Counted from the stretch's first letter, positions 51,485-63,901 are shown. The stretch: 64,000 nt of DNA from an uncultured delta proteobacterium (GCA_963802945.1 CAWDKY010000015.1:475413-539412); one strand, 5' to 3'. The notes: generated from the letters alone by a model not told the origin. Made by a program: numbers and translations.

Positions 51485-51822
51485 CCGGTCTTGTGAATTA
51501 TGATTAGGGTTGCGGCTCATCCGGAAACAAAAGTTTTCGGATACGCCCACTTCGCCGACTGCCTTCTAAGGCAACGATACTTGTCATCCTTTTTCGAAAA
51601 GTGCACTCGACGAACCGATTTGGCCCGACACGTCTCGCGCTTCAGCCTATCGGCCAAGTCCTGGAGATTCTTTCCCCGAAAAGATTTGTCTGGAAACATA
51701 ATGCATCGTTAAGTGATAATTCAAGATCCTAATCTCTTTTAGAATCAGGTAGTCAGGTTGAAGGTAAAAGACCGAGGATCTAAGGTGAAAGGAATCCTCA
51801 ACTTCCAGCCTTACGTCCTAAA

Positions 51823-52545
51823 TTACAAGGGAAAGCGAACTCCTAGACCAATCACCAAAGTTTCCGGTCCAATCAGTCTTTTATTAGTCGGGATTATCGT
51901 ACTCCAGAACATCTCCCCGTTACTGAAATGCTCCGCTCTTACAAAAGTATAAAGGGGTATATTACATATCTTAAAATTCAGGCCCAGGCCAGCATATAGG
52001 GAGAAGTTCCATCTTGTTCCTTCTTCGATTAATTCGTCTATTAACCAGGTAAATCCGGCCCCCAGCTCGAAGTAAGGGCGAAGATCCTTCGTTAAGGGAT
52101 AATAAAGGCGATACATGGGGGTTAAACCGAACTGGTAGGTATCCCAGTTAGTGACTGGCTCCTTCACGCCCTGCATTAAAAGACGATTCTTTGTTGTATC
52201 GCTTACCTGATCCCAGCACAGAGGAATATCTTTTCCATAAATATGGGAAACCCTCCCCTCCAGGACCCAGGATTCCGATAGCCCTATTTTCTTCATAAAA
52301 GGCAGGAGGCTGAATTCCTTCTCATAACCAAGGGCCAGGGTGGTTATGTTGAAGTTATTATAAAGTTTTTGAGAAAAATAACGGAACTCCGGCCATCCAT
52401 ATTGAAAGTGGAATAAAATGGTCCCTGACTCATCATTGGGTTTGTCTTGATTTATTTGTTCCTCAGACCATCCAGACAGAGGTAAAAAAAAGGTGAAGAG
52501 GACCCCCAAACTCCATAAAGAGGCCTTTTTATAAAATCCACTCAT
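51823..52545 (-). CDS. Outer-membrane beta-barrel protein, PagL/acyloxyacyl-hydrolase-like
   Basis: Signal-like N-terminus; RPYFELGAG, GTRWNFSLYAGLG, catalytic-type EHFSNG motif, near-terminal Phe. Confidence 0.72.
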   Translation of the reverse strand: MSGFYKKASLWSLGVLFTFFLPLSGWSEEQINQDKPNDESGTILFHFQYGWPEFRYFSQKLYNNFNITTLALGYEKEFSLLPFMKKIGLSESWVLEGRVSHIYGKDIPLCWDQVSDTTKNRLLMQGVKEPVTNWDTYQFGLTPMYRLYYPLTKDLRPYFELGAGFTWLIDELIEEGTRWNFSLYAGLGLNFKICNIPLYTFVRAEHFSNGEMFWSTIIPTNKRLIGPETLVIGLGVRFPL

Positions 52546-53252
52546 GGAGGAATGGTGGTTATCGTTGAAATTGAGATGATTGGATCGAAAAACTTTTAAC
52601 CGAAAAAAAAATAAAAATCTTTTTAACATGAGATTCCAAAAGTTGTTGCAGGTTTATTTAACACACCTTTCATTAAACTATTTTTGACTTGATGGCAAGA
52701 ATTTTCTACCTGGTTCATAACTAAGATTACTGATAAGAATTCCTTTTTTAATGGGATGAGCATGAGCATAAGGAAAGAAAAAGGCACGGGCAAGGAGAAA
52801 AACGGGGCGGAAGGTAAGGGGACAAAAGGGGCCATAAGAAGAAAAGGTGGCTTCATAGGTCTGGACTTTTCAGATCCCTCTACCTCCTGGATTTCCCTTA
52901 AACGGTGGAGTGATCTACGGAAGCCCCGAAACCCTAGTCTGGGGGCTCCTGATAGAAAGGGAGTTGGGGGTCCGAATAGTCTATCTGAATTTTCTTTTTG
53001 ACGAAGCCCCCGAGAGACGTTACTATAAAAATGGAAGAAAAAATCACCAAATTAAATTCTTGTGTTTCGTGGCGACTCGTGAGACTTCAATCGTGATGTC
53101 TGCCGTTGTGCGGTTCGCCTCGACTTCCTCTGTTCGGACGGGGGCAGCTTTATCGGGTTTCGTTGTGCCAGGAGTTAGACTTTTTACTTTTACGTTTTTA
53201 CCCTTTTATTTTTTTCTGTTTTAATAAATTCGGGGATAAAGAAATTTCAAGA

Positions 53253-53771
53253 ATGCCAATTCATATCCTTATTGACGGTTATAATTTGATTCGAAACTCT
53301 TCACCTTTGTCCCGGGCGGAAAAAGCCGATTTTTCCCAAGGTCGGGAGAGGTTATTGGAATGGCTCTCGCTATACCGCCGAAAGATCCCCAACCCCATTA
53401 CCGTGGTATTTGACGGGGGCCAAGGGGATGCTTTGGCCGAAGGGAGGGATATTTATAAGGGGATTAAAATCCTATATTCTTCCCAGGGGCAGACTGCCGA
53501 TGATATCATCAAACGGTTGGTGAAAAAAGATGGCGGGAAAATCCTGGTGGTCACCTCCGATCAGGAGTTGGGCTCCTATTGCCGTTTCTTCAAGGCCGGA
53601 TGGATTCGATCCGAAGAGTTTGCGCATAGAGTTCAGGATCAAATATGGACTTTGGATCAAAAACCGTTAAAAGAAGATGATCCTGCGGACCTGCCTAAAA
53701 AGAAAAAAGGGAACGCTTTCAGACCTTCCAAAAAGGCTAAAAGAGAAAAAAAATACTGGGAACACCTATAA
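53253..53771 (+). CDS. NYN-domain (YacP/Rae1-like) ribonuclease
   Basis: ILIDGYNLI, VVFDG, TADDII, VVTSD. Confidence 0.88.
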   Translation: MPIHILIDGYNLIRNSSPLSRAEKADFSQGRERLLEWLSLYRRKIPNPITVVFDGGQGDALAEGRDIYKGIKILYSSQGQTADDIIKRLVKKDGGKILVVTSDQELGSYCRFFKAGWIRSEEFAHRVQDQIWTLDQKPLKEDDPADLPKKKKGNAFRPSKKAKREKKYWEHL

Positions 53772-53781
53772 GATAAGGCCT

Positions 53782-54402
53782 TCACTTCCGGCTTGCCTTT
53801 CCTCGCCAAGTTTTTTCTTCTCCCTTGATAAGACGAAGGATATTTTCTTTGTGCTTGAGAATAATAGCGGCAACAATGATGACGGACAGCCATACGGCAT
53901 ACTGGTTATAATTAAATATAATCAATAGAACAGGAAATAAACCGGCGGCAACTAAAGAGCCCAGGGAAACATATTTCCCCAAATAAACGACTAAAACAAA
54001 AATAAGAATGGCTACCAGGATGGCTTTGGGTCCCAGCAGGATAAATATTCCCAAGCCGGTGGCCACGCCCTTCCCTCCTTTAAAGTGCAAAAAGACAGGA
54101 AAAAGGTGGCCCAAAAAGACAGCCAGGGCCATGAGGCAAACCAGGAAAAAGGTCGGGGTGCTTTCTCCTCCGAAGACCGCCCAGCCTATCCAGACGACCA
54201 GCATCCCCTTCAGTGTATCACCGAGCAGAGTCAGGACACCCCATTTTATTCCCATCAAGCGAGATACATTGGTGGCCCCGATATTTTGACTGCCTTCCTT
54301 TTGAAGATTCCCCTCTCCGAAAACTTTAGACAAGACCACCCCGGTCGAAATAGAACCGACAAGATAGGCTAAGACCGTAAAGAGGATAGCTTTGATGACC
54401 AT
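53782..54402 (-). CDS. plsY: Glycerol-3-phosphate acyltransferase
   Basis: YLVGSI, GSQNIGATNV.R, DTLKG, GHLFPVFLHFKGGKGVAT, KHKENI.RL. Confidence 0.95.
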   Translation of the reverse strand: MVIKAILFTVLAYLVGSISTGVVLSKVFGEGNLQKEGSQNIGATNVSRLMGIKWGVLTLLGDTLKGMLVVWIGWAVFGGESTPTFFLVCLMALAVFLGHLFPVFLHFKGGKGVATGLGIFILLGPKAILVAILIFVLVVYLGKYVSLGSLVAAGLFPVLLIIFNYNQYAVWLSVIIVAAIILKHKENILRLIKGEEKTWRGKASRK

Positions 54403-54428
54403 AATTAATCCTATATAACTATTTCAAG

Positions 54429-54525
54429 TCAGACCTTTTTAACGATTTTTCTAGTCGCCTTCAGAAAGAATTCGATTTCTTTCTCGGTGTTGAAAAATCC
54501 CGGGCTGACCCTGACCGTCCCCTCC
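54429..54525 (-). pseudogene. 3' remnant of a cysteine desulfurase-family (class V aminotransferase) gene
   Basis: EGTVRVSPGFFNTEKEIEFFLKATRKIVKKV*, abutting plsY upstream. Confidence 0.7.
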
Positions 54526-54556
54526 CTGCTCACCGGGCTTAAAGACTTTAAGGCTA

Positions 54557-55189
54557 TCAAAGCCCGGAGCTTGAATATCCTTCAGCCAAGGAACTCCTCA
54601 TTTTTTCGAATAAAGTCAGATCTGTCTGGTTGTTTATGTTGAAAAAAGAAATCAGGTCGGGATCGATTTGCCTTAATGTTTCCTCGGCGATTTTTCTAAC
54701 TTTGACTTTGGAAAACAATTTAGAAATTTTCATATCCCCTTTTTTAAATTGTTCTTCAATGACCTTCAAACACCTTTTAGAGTAAACGGCACAAAGAGGC
54801 TGATACCCTTCTCGGGTCACGGGGACAATCACATCCCACTCAGGTTCCAGTTCTTGAACAACAAGCTGGATCATCTCGGTCTTCAAAAAAGGCATGTCGC
54901 AGGCCGTTATAAAGGCATGAGACAGCCGGGTGTAAAATAGGCCGGCATGAATCCCGGTCAACGAGCTTCGAACCGAAAGTAAATCGCTGACAATCGTGCA
55001 TTCCCAGGAAACAAAGTCCAGGGGCTGATTAGTGACCAGGATCACCTGATCGAACAATTTCTGAAATAAGGCCACCTGTCTTTCAATAATGGGCTGATCT
55101 CCCAAGGAAAGAAGGGCTTTGTTTTGGCTGGCCATCCTGCGGCTCAATCCGCCGGCTAATATGATTCCCGCACAAGGATACTTCGACAT
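54557..55189 (-). CDS. mobA: Molybdenum cofactor guanylyltransferase
   Basis: GIILAGGLSRRM..NKALL, ACDMPF, QPLCAVY, FFNIN. Confidence 0.92.
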   Translation of the reverse strand: MSKYPCAGIILAGGLSRRMASQNKALLSLGDQPIIERQVALFQKLFDQVILVTNQPLDFVSWECTIVSDLLSVRSSLTGIHAGLFYTRLSHAFITACDMPFLKTEMIQLVVQELEPEWDVIVPVTREGYQPLCAVYSKRCLKVIEEQFKKGDMKISKLFSKVKVRKIAEETLRQIDPDLISFFNINNQTDLTLFEKMRSSLAEGYSSSGL

Positions 55190-55210
55190 ATTTTATCAGG
55201 TAATCTTATT

Positions 55211-55395
55211 CAGGATGATCAAAAGTGCCCGGATGCAAGGCCTGCCAGTCTTGAGGAATGAGGTGTACATTACACGCCGCAATGACGAAAGACAGAGCAC
55301 AATCCCGCTTACAGCGGGACTGACGGGGTTTTTGTTCGCCTCACTTCTCGGCTCACTCCCACCCCTTCGGGGCGGTGCCCGGTTTCATCATCCTG
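55211..55395 (+). mobile_element. MITE-like palindromic element, copy 4 (diverged long form)
   Basis: caggatgatcaaaa ... tttcatcatcctg ends; shared internal gaggaatgag...cgcaatgacga and ttttgttcgcc...ctcggctcactccca blocks. Confidence 0.75.
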
Positions 55396-56802
55396 TTATT
55401 CTAATCCATATCTTCTGATCTTGTTGAGCAATCCCCGGCGGCTCAAGCCCAATTTTTGAGCCGCCCGAGTCCGATTGCCGCCTGCCTCTTCCAAAGCTTT
55501 CTGAACCATAGATCTTTCCAGACGATCAGTAACGGCCTGAACCGACCCATCCTTGTCATTAAGAGGGGTATCGATGGTAAAACGAATGGAATCCGAAAAT
55601 AAATCCGGGGTAATAGTTCCTTGGTCCGGGGCCAGGGTCAAGGCCCGGACTATTTCATTTTCCAATTCCCGGATGTTTCCTGGGAAGGAGTATTTATCCA
55701 ACAAGGTCAGGCTGTCAGGGCTGAATTGACATTGCTTTTCCAACCGCTGACAATATTTTTTTAAAAAATGTTCTGCCAATAAGGGAATATCTCCAACCCG
55801 TTCCCGTAAAGGCGGCAAGGGTATGGGAAAGGCCTGAATTCGATAATAGAGGTCTTCCCTGAATCTTCCGGCCTGAATCTCTGCCTTTAAATCATGATGC
55901 GTGGCGGCGATTACCCGAACATCCACTCTGATAGGGCTCACTTCTCCGAGGCGACGAATTTCACCTTCCTGCAGGACTCTTAAAAGCCGAACTTGTAAGG
56001 ACATGGGGGTGTCTCCCACCTCATCCAGAAAGATGGTCCCTTTGTGGGCCATTTCAAAGAGGCCCTTTTTATCAGCCACCGCTCCGGTAAAGGCCCCCTT
56101 CTTGTGACCGAAGAGTTCGCTCTCCAAAAGGCTCTCGGGCATGGCGGCACAATTCTGGGCCACAAAAGGCTTGTCCTTTCGGACGCTGTTGTAATGGATC
56201 GAACGGGCCACCAGTTCCTTGCCGGTTCCTGTTTCCCCTTGGATCAGCACGGTTACCGGACTTTCAATGGCCTTTTCCATCAGATAAAAGGCCTTTTTTA
56301 TGGCCGGACTGTAGCCGATTATGTTTTCAAAAGAATATTTACCCTGGATCTCTTTTTTAAGGAGAATATTTTCCTCTTTGGATTCTTTCAATTTGGCCCG
56401 CGTAGAAGCCAGATCCACATACATCTTCCGGATTCTGAGCATCGACCGCACCCGGGCCAACAATTCAAAGGTTTTAAAAGGCTTGGTGATATAATCATCA
56501 GCGCCGGAATCCAGTCCTTTCACCCGTTCATCCATATCAGCCAGGGCCGTAACCATGATAACCGGGATAGTACGGGTTTTGGCATTGGCCTTGATTTGTT
56601 TGACTACCTCAAATCCGTCCATTTTCGGCAGAATAATATCCAGTAAGACCAGATCGGGCAGGGATTTTTGGATAAGTTGTAATGCCTTTTCCCCGTCTTC
56701 GGCCCATTGGGTTTTATACCCATGATCTGCCAATTCTTGAGAAAGAAGGTCGGCTTCCAAAGGATCGTCTTCTACAATCAGGATCTGAAAGGGTTCTGGC
56801 AT
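55396..56802 (-). CDS. Sigma54-dependent response regulator (NtrC family)
   Basis: REC domain (ILIVEDD, DLVLLD, KPF), GETGTGKE, GAFTGA, FREDLYYR, FPGNIREL, Fis HTH. Confidence 0.95.
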   Translation of the reverse strand: MPEPFQILIVEDDPLEADLLSQELADHGYKTQWAEDGEKALQLIQKSLPDLVLLDIILPKMDGFEVVKQIKANAKTRTIPVIMVTALADMDERVKGLDSGADDYITKPFKTFELLARVRSMLRIRKMYVDLASTRAKLKESKEENILLKKEIQGKYSFENIIGYSPAIKKAFYLMEKAIESPVTVLIQGETGTGKELVARSIHYNSVRKDKPFVAQNCAAMPESLLESELFGHKKGAFTGAVADKKGLFEMAHKGTIFLDEVGDTPMSLQVRLLRVLQEGEIRRLGEVSPIRVDVRVIAATHHDLKAEIQAGRFREDLYYRIQAFPIPLPPLRERVGDIPLLAEHFLKKYCQRLEKQCQFSPDSLTLLDKYSFPGNIRELENEIVRALTLAPDQGTITPDLFSDSIRFTIDTPLNDKDGSVQAVTDRLERSMVQKALEEAGGNRTRAAQKLGLSRRGLLNKIRRYGLE

Positions 56803-56893
56803 GGTTTTCGGCCCCTCCGTTTACCTGTTTTTTTAATCCAGCTAGCCAATATTGCCAAACAGAGTCATTAATACTTGCAGATCCGACTAGGAT

Positions 56894-57217
56894 TCATTTC
56901 TCCTGATAAAAAGCTACCATCTTATCCACTAGTTCTCGTAGTCGTTCGGCACTCTGTATGACTTTTTCCAAGTTCTCTTGCTGTTTTTTCGGGATCTGAT
57001 CCCTGGTCTTCCTTAAGACCAGGCTGGTATATCCCATGATGGCATGCAGTGGGTTACGCATTTCATGAAAAGTTTTAAACAGGAATTTCCGGTCCTGCTG
57101 ATTTTCTTCTTGGACCGAACACGGATCGTGCTCCCCTAGAAATGGGTTTCCTCCAAAGTTCTTTGTATGCCCCAGGGTCTCTTTCTGCCGAGGAATACGT
57201 TTGTTTTGCAGTTTCAT
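56894..57217 (-). CDS. Stand-alone HisKA (phospho-acceptor/dimerisation) domain protein
   Basis: H-box FHEMRNPLHAIMGY...SAERLRELVD; no HATPase domain follows. Confidence 0.7.
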   Translation of the reverse strand: MKLQNKRIPRQKETLGHTKNFGGNPFLGEHDPCSVQEENQQDRKFLFKTFHEMRNPLHAIMGYTSLVLRKTRDQIPKKQQENLEKVIQSAERLRELVDKMVAFYQEK

Positions 57218-57365
57218 GGTCTTTTCTGGCTTTTTCTGATCCGAACCATTGACTTGCCCTTATCGAAGGACAAAAGAAGTATAACGGAAAAAGGGGAAGG
57301 AAGCAAGTTGTATACCTGTAAGGGATGTAAAATTGGCTAAAAGGGTTTAAGGATTTATGTTACCA

Positions 57366-58179
57366 TTATCGATATTGGTTGATTTCATCCCTTAGCCGGA
57401 CGGCAACTTTCCGAGCTGCTTTCGCAAAATTTTTTCCATCACCGGCATAGATGACAGACTCGAGAGGAATTTATGATCATCCCGGTCCCATTTCCATCCT
57501 TTCCATTGATCACGGCCATCTCGATATCGCCGCCCTGCGTCCCAATACCGGGCACAAGGAAAGGCATGTTACCCACAAGGGACCTGATCTCCCGAAGGTC
57601 CTGTGGGTAGGTCGCACCAATAACAAGAAGAACATTGCCGTTTCGGTTCCATTCATGGGCTGCCTTGTCGGCGATGACCCGATAGAGCTTCTCTCCCTTT
57701 ATTTCCAAATCCTGGATATCGGATGCTCCTGGATTGGATGTCCGGCAAAGGATAATCACCCCTTTGTCGCTTCGATCGAGAAACGGTTCAAGTGCATCAC
57801 CCCCCAGGTAAGGATTGACTGTAACCGCATCCGCTCCATAACGATCAAACACCTCCCGAGCGTACATTTTTGAGGTCGATCCGATATCCCCCCGCTTGGC
57901 GTCCAAGATAACGGGAATGTCAGGATAGTTCTTATGAATGTAGGCGATGGTCAGCTCAAGATCATGTTCCGAACCCGAAGCGGCATAGTAGGCCATCTGC
58001 GGTTTGAAGGCACAGACGAGGTCTAAGGTACTGTCGATGATCGCTCGGTTGAAATCAAAAAGCGGTGCCCTGGCTGTTCGGAGATGATTTGGGATCTTCT
58101 CAAGGTCAGAATCGAGGCCCACGCACAGCAGGGAGTCATTCTTTTGCCAAGCTGCGGTCAAGGCTTCTATAAATTTCAC
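57366..58179 (-). CDS. pyrF: Orotidine-5'-phosphate decarboxylase, frameshift near 57455
   Basis: LLCVGLD, ILDAKRGDIGST, TVNPYLG, RTSNPGA, LVPGIGTQGGD, INSSR; tail IYA...LRDEIN in another frame. Confidence 0.93.
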
Positions 58180-58213
58180 GGAATTGATGCCTCCTTTTAT
58201 TTTAAAAGAAAAA

Positions 58214-58360
58214 AGGGTTCGAGGATTCCAGGATTCGAGGTTTCAAGGGTTTTAACCTCCAGGCCTTTCATTTGAATTCGCTCGGCTGAACTCGCCGCAA
58301 GCTTGGCCCCTTAAATCTTTTCTCATGCCTCGTGGTGCCCGTGGCAAGCGGGCATGAGCA
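58214..58360. repeat. 8-mer inverted repeat element plus tcatgc...gcatga palindrome
   Basis: gggttcgaggattccaggattcgaggtttcaagggttttaac..gcctttca.ttgaa matches 7901-7965; ctcatgcctcgtggtgcc...gggcatgag matches ~5748-5783. Confidence 0.65.
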
Positions 58361-58857
58361 TTTTGTACTATTACCACGGATATTACCAAGATAAAAAAAA
58401 AATAGCAAAAAAATTGATGATATTAATCATTTATCACTAGAGGACCAAGTAATAAAAAGAAAGATGGTGTCGGCGAAATGACGTTTTGTTGTCTGAAAAA
58501 TCGTACACCACGGATGTGTTATCCACTTATTATCACAGAGGGGGAAAATATTTAATAATGATATCAAGCTAGTAAACAACCCCGTGCTTCCACACAGGGT
58601 ATCCAGGAGATTTTGATATAAAAACCGAGTTTGGCGATAACAGAAGTGTACACCCTGGCTTATCTAAGCATCTTTTTACCTCCTTAAAAAATGTTGTTGA
58701 ATTTAATGGTGGTATTATCAAATGGTCCTTTTCCCCGGCAAGTCGTGAATCGGCACCCTTCCGCCTTGACAATTATCGGTAACATGGTTAATTTTGAAAG
58801 TAAATTGACTACAATTGAATAAGAAATAAATTCAAGTGGCTAAAGTTGGAGGTTGCC

Positions 58858-61450
58858 ATGCGTTTTGATAAATTCACCATCAAGGTTCAAGAGGCCATAC
58901 AATCAGCCCAGTCCATGGCCGATGGTATGGGACATCAACAGATCGAACCCGAACATCTGTTGACCACCCTTTTAAACCAGCCCGATAATATTATCTTGCC
59001 CTTGCTTCAGAAGCTGGGGGTAAATCCCAATCAGGTTAAGAATATCCTGAAGAATCAACTGGATCATGTACCAAGGGTATCAGGTACAGGGAAAGGACAG
59101 AGTTATCTTTCCCCCAGACTCAATACTGTATTGGACGGCTCTTTCAAGGAAGCCTCGCAGATGCGGGATGAGTACGTCAGTATGGAGCACATCCTGATTG
59201 CTCTCATGGATCAGAAGGGTGATCCTTTGACTCAAGCCCTGCGTTCTTTGGGAGTAAACCGGGAAAATATCTTGAAATCGTTAAAGGACATCAGGGGTAG
59301 TCAACGGGTCACCGATCCCAATCCGGAAGACAAATATCGCCCCCTGGAAAAGTTTGCCCGGGACCTGACCGATCTGGCCAGAGAAGGGAAACTGGATCCG
59401 GTTATCGGCCGGGACGATGAAGTTCGCCGGATTATCCAGGTCTTATCCCGGAGGACCAAGAATAACCCGGTTCTGATCGGAGAACCCGGGGTGGGGAAAA
59501 CAGCCATTGTCGAAGGATTGGCCCAGCGAATCGTTCACGGCGACGTTCCGGAAGGATTGAAAAACAAACGGGTTGTGGCCCTGGACATGGGGGCCTTGAT
59601 CGCCGGAGCCAAATACCGGGGAGAATTTGAAGACCGTCTCAAGGCCGTGCTGAAAGAAGTGACCGAATCCCAAGGGCAGATCATCCTATTTATCGATGAA
59701 CTTCATACTTTGGTAGGGGCCGGCAAGGCCGAAGGGGCCATGGATGCCGGCAATATGCTCAAACCGGCTTTGGCCCGGGGGGAATTGCGTTGCGTCGGGG
59801 CTACCACCATCAATGAATACCGTAAGTATGTTGGAAAAAGATGCCGCCCTGGAGCGGCGGTTTCAGCCGGTCCTGGTCAAGTGAACCCACGGTGGAAGAT
59901 ACAATCGCCATCTTAAGGGGGCTGAAGGAAAAATACGAAGTCCATCATGGTGTGCGAATCAAGGATTCGGGCATTGTGGCTGCGGCCACCTTGTCCCATC
60001 GTTACATCACCGACCGTTTCCTGCCGGACAAGGCCATTGACCTGATCGATGAAGCCGCATCCAAACTCCGGATCGAGATCGACAGCCTGCCCCAGGAGAT
60101 CGACGAACTGGAACGAAGGATCCTTCAGATGGAGATCGAGAAAGAGGCCCTGAAAAAAGAGGTGGATCCGGCATCCAAGGAACGATTGAATAAAATCGAA
60201 AAGGATTTGAGGGAACTTAAAGGGCAAAGCGCAGAGATGAAGGCCCATTGGCAGAAGGAAAAAGAAGCCATCCAAAAGATCCGGCAGATCAAGGAAGAAA
60301 TTGAACAAAAAAAGACCGAGGCCGGCAATGCCGAAAGGCAGGGAGATTTGACCCGGGCGGCGGAAATACGCTACGGGGTGCTCCTGAACATGAACAAACA
60401 ATTGGAGGAAGAAAATAAGAAATTGGAGTCCTTCAACAGGATCGAAAAATGTTGAAGGAGGAAGTGGATGATGAGGACATCGCCGAAGTGGTGGCCAAAT
60501 GGACCGGCATCCCTGTGGCCCGGATGATGGAAGGGGAAAAACAGAAACTAATCACCATGGAGGAACGGATCAAGGAGAGGGTCATCGGCCAGGAAGAGGC
60601 CATTCGGGCAGTGGCCAATGCCGTGCGTCGGGCGCGTTCCGGATTGCAGGATCCCAATCGTCCCATAGGGTCCTTTATCTTCATGGGCCCGACCGGTGTG
60701 GGCAAGACCGAATTAGCCAAGGCCCTGGCCGAGTTTCTCTTTGATGATGAACAGGCCATGGTCAGGATCGATATGTCCGAATACATGGAGAAGCATTCGG
60801 TCTCCCGTTTGATCGGAGCCCCTCCGGGCTATGTCGGTTATGAAGAGGGAGGCTATTTGACCGAAGCGGTAAGACGAAGGCCCTATTCAGTGGTGCTTTT
60901 TGACGAAATCGAGAAGGCCCATCCTGAGGTCTTCAACGCCTTATTGCAGATATTGGATGACGGAAGGATGACCGACGGACAGGGAAGGACCGTAGACTTT
61001 ACCAACACCCTGGTCATCATGACCTCCAATATCGGTAGTCAATTCATTCAGGACCTCACTGAACGAGAGCGGGAAGAGATGGTCCGGAGGGTCATGGAGG
61101 CCTTGCGGGCCCATTTTAAACCTGAATTTTTAAACCGGATCGATGAGATCGTGATTTTCCATGCCCTTAATCGCCAACAGATCAAGGCCATTGTCGATAT
61201 CCAGATCCGTCTGCTTCAAAAACGGCTGGCTGAAAAACACCTTGCCATTGAATTAACCGATAAAGCCCGGGATCTGATCGCCCAAGAGGGTTTTGATCCG
61301 ATTTACGGGGCACGGCCTTTGAAACGGGTCATTCAACATCGAATCCAGGATGCCCTGGCCTTGAAAATATTGGAAGGAGAATTCAAGGAAGGGGAAAAAA
61401 TTATCGTGGATGCCGACAAGAAAGGAGAGATCATTTTCAAAAAAGGATAA
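58858..61450 (+). CDS. clpB: ATP-dependent chaperone ClpB, frameshifted at ~59830-59885 and ~60435
   Basis: [26 protein letters not shown], coiled-coil M domain, [36 protein letters not shown]. Confidence 0.96.
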
Positions 61451-61599
61451 CCGACCGGTTTTTCTTGACAGAGGTTTAAAGATAGGTACCATACTAAAAA
61501 TACAGTTTTCGGGTTGCGGGTTGCGCGTGAGGAGATGAACGCTTTTTATTTTATAACCCATAACCCACAACTCGCAACTAGAGGCAGGAGTTAAAAAAT

Positions 61600-62456
61600 A
61601 TGTTTTCCAATACGATGAAGACTGCATTGCTATTGGGTCTGATGACCGTCCTGATCATTTTTATCGGAGGGGCAGTAGGAGGACAAAGCGGAATGATTAT
61701 GGCCTTTTTTCTGGCCGGGATCTTGAATATTGGAAGCTATTGGTTTTCTGATAAAATCGTTCTGGCCATGTATCACGCCCAAGAGATCTCTCCACAGGAC
61801 CATCCGGAAATCCATCAAATAGTCATGGAATTGGCCCAGCAGGCCGGTCTTCCCAAACCGAGGATTTTTCTCATAGAAGATGATTCACCCAATGCCTTTG
61901 CCACAGGAAGAAATCCGCAGCATGCCGTGGTGGCTGTAACCTCCGGAATTCTACGTATCCTTTCCCGTCAGGAGCTTAAAGGGGTCCTGGGCCATGAACT
62001 GGCCCATGTCAAACACCGGGATATCCTTATTGGTTCTATTGCCGCCACTATGGCCGGGGCCATTATGATTCTGGCTAGAATGGCCAGCTTTGCAACCATG
62101 TTCGGAGGAGGTCGGGATTCTGAAGAAAGAGGTGGCGGGGGGGGATAATAGGTCTTCTGGTCATGATCATAGTGGCCCCTATTGCCGCCATGTTGATTCA
62201 GATGGCCATCTCCCGTTCCCGGGAATATCAGGCCGATGCCTCCGGGGCACAGTTTTCAGGAAACCCCCTGGGACTGGCCGGGGCCCTGGAAAAATTAGAA
62301 ACGGCTTCCAAACAAATTCCCATGGAAGATCCGAAACCGGCCACGGCCCATATGTTTATCGTCAATCCCCTGTCGGGCCGCAGCCTGCTCAACCTGTTCT
62401 CAACCCATCCGCCCATCGAAGAACGCATCGCCCGGTTGAGGGCTATGAGGTATTGA
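61600..62456 (+). CDS. htpX: Zinc metalloprotease HtpX, frameshift in the G run at ~62137-62144
   Basis: [45 protein letters not shown]. Confidence 0.95.
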
Positions 62457-62596
62457 AAAACAAAGGATTCCAGGATTTGAGAAAAAAATATTAAGCCACG
62501 TCAATGAATACTGAATGTTAGGCCCTGATGATCCAGTAATGAGTTGACTTTTTCCAGCCGGTAGCATAAAACCCCCTATAAACCCAAATCAGTTAG

Positions 62597-63901
<1,305 letters not shown>

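Noticed and set aside
51505-51705. Small ORFs or a MITE downstream of the ligase remnant
   Set aside because: Weak terminal complementarity, single copy in the window and no recognisable protein motif; cannot be supported.
52860-52990. 6S RNA, SRP RNA, tmRNA or RNase P RNA
   Set aside because: Signature sequences and the usual synteny are missing; kept only as an unassigned candidate.
58700-58857. CIRCE/HrcA operator upstream of clpB
   Set aside because: No TTAGCACTC-N9-GAGTGCTAA match found.
8062-62456. Programmed frameshifting or pseudogenisation of acsB, acsC, acsE, the Mo-oxidoreductase, pyrF, clpB, htpX (and the hydrolase at ~2.99 kb)
   Set aside because: These are small frame breaks in otherwise well-conserved genes, several at or near homopolymers and with no in-frame stops; uncorrected long-read indels are the simplest explanation.
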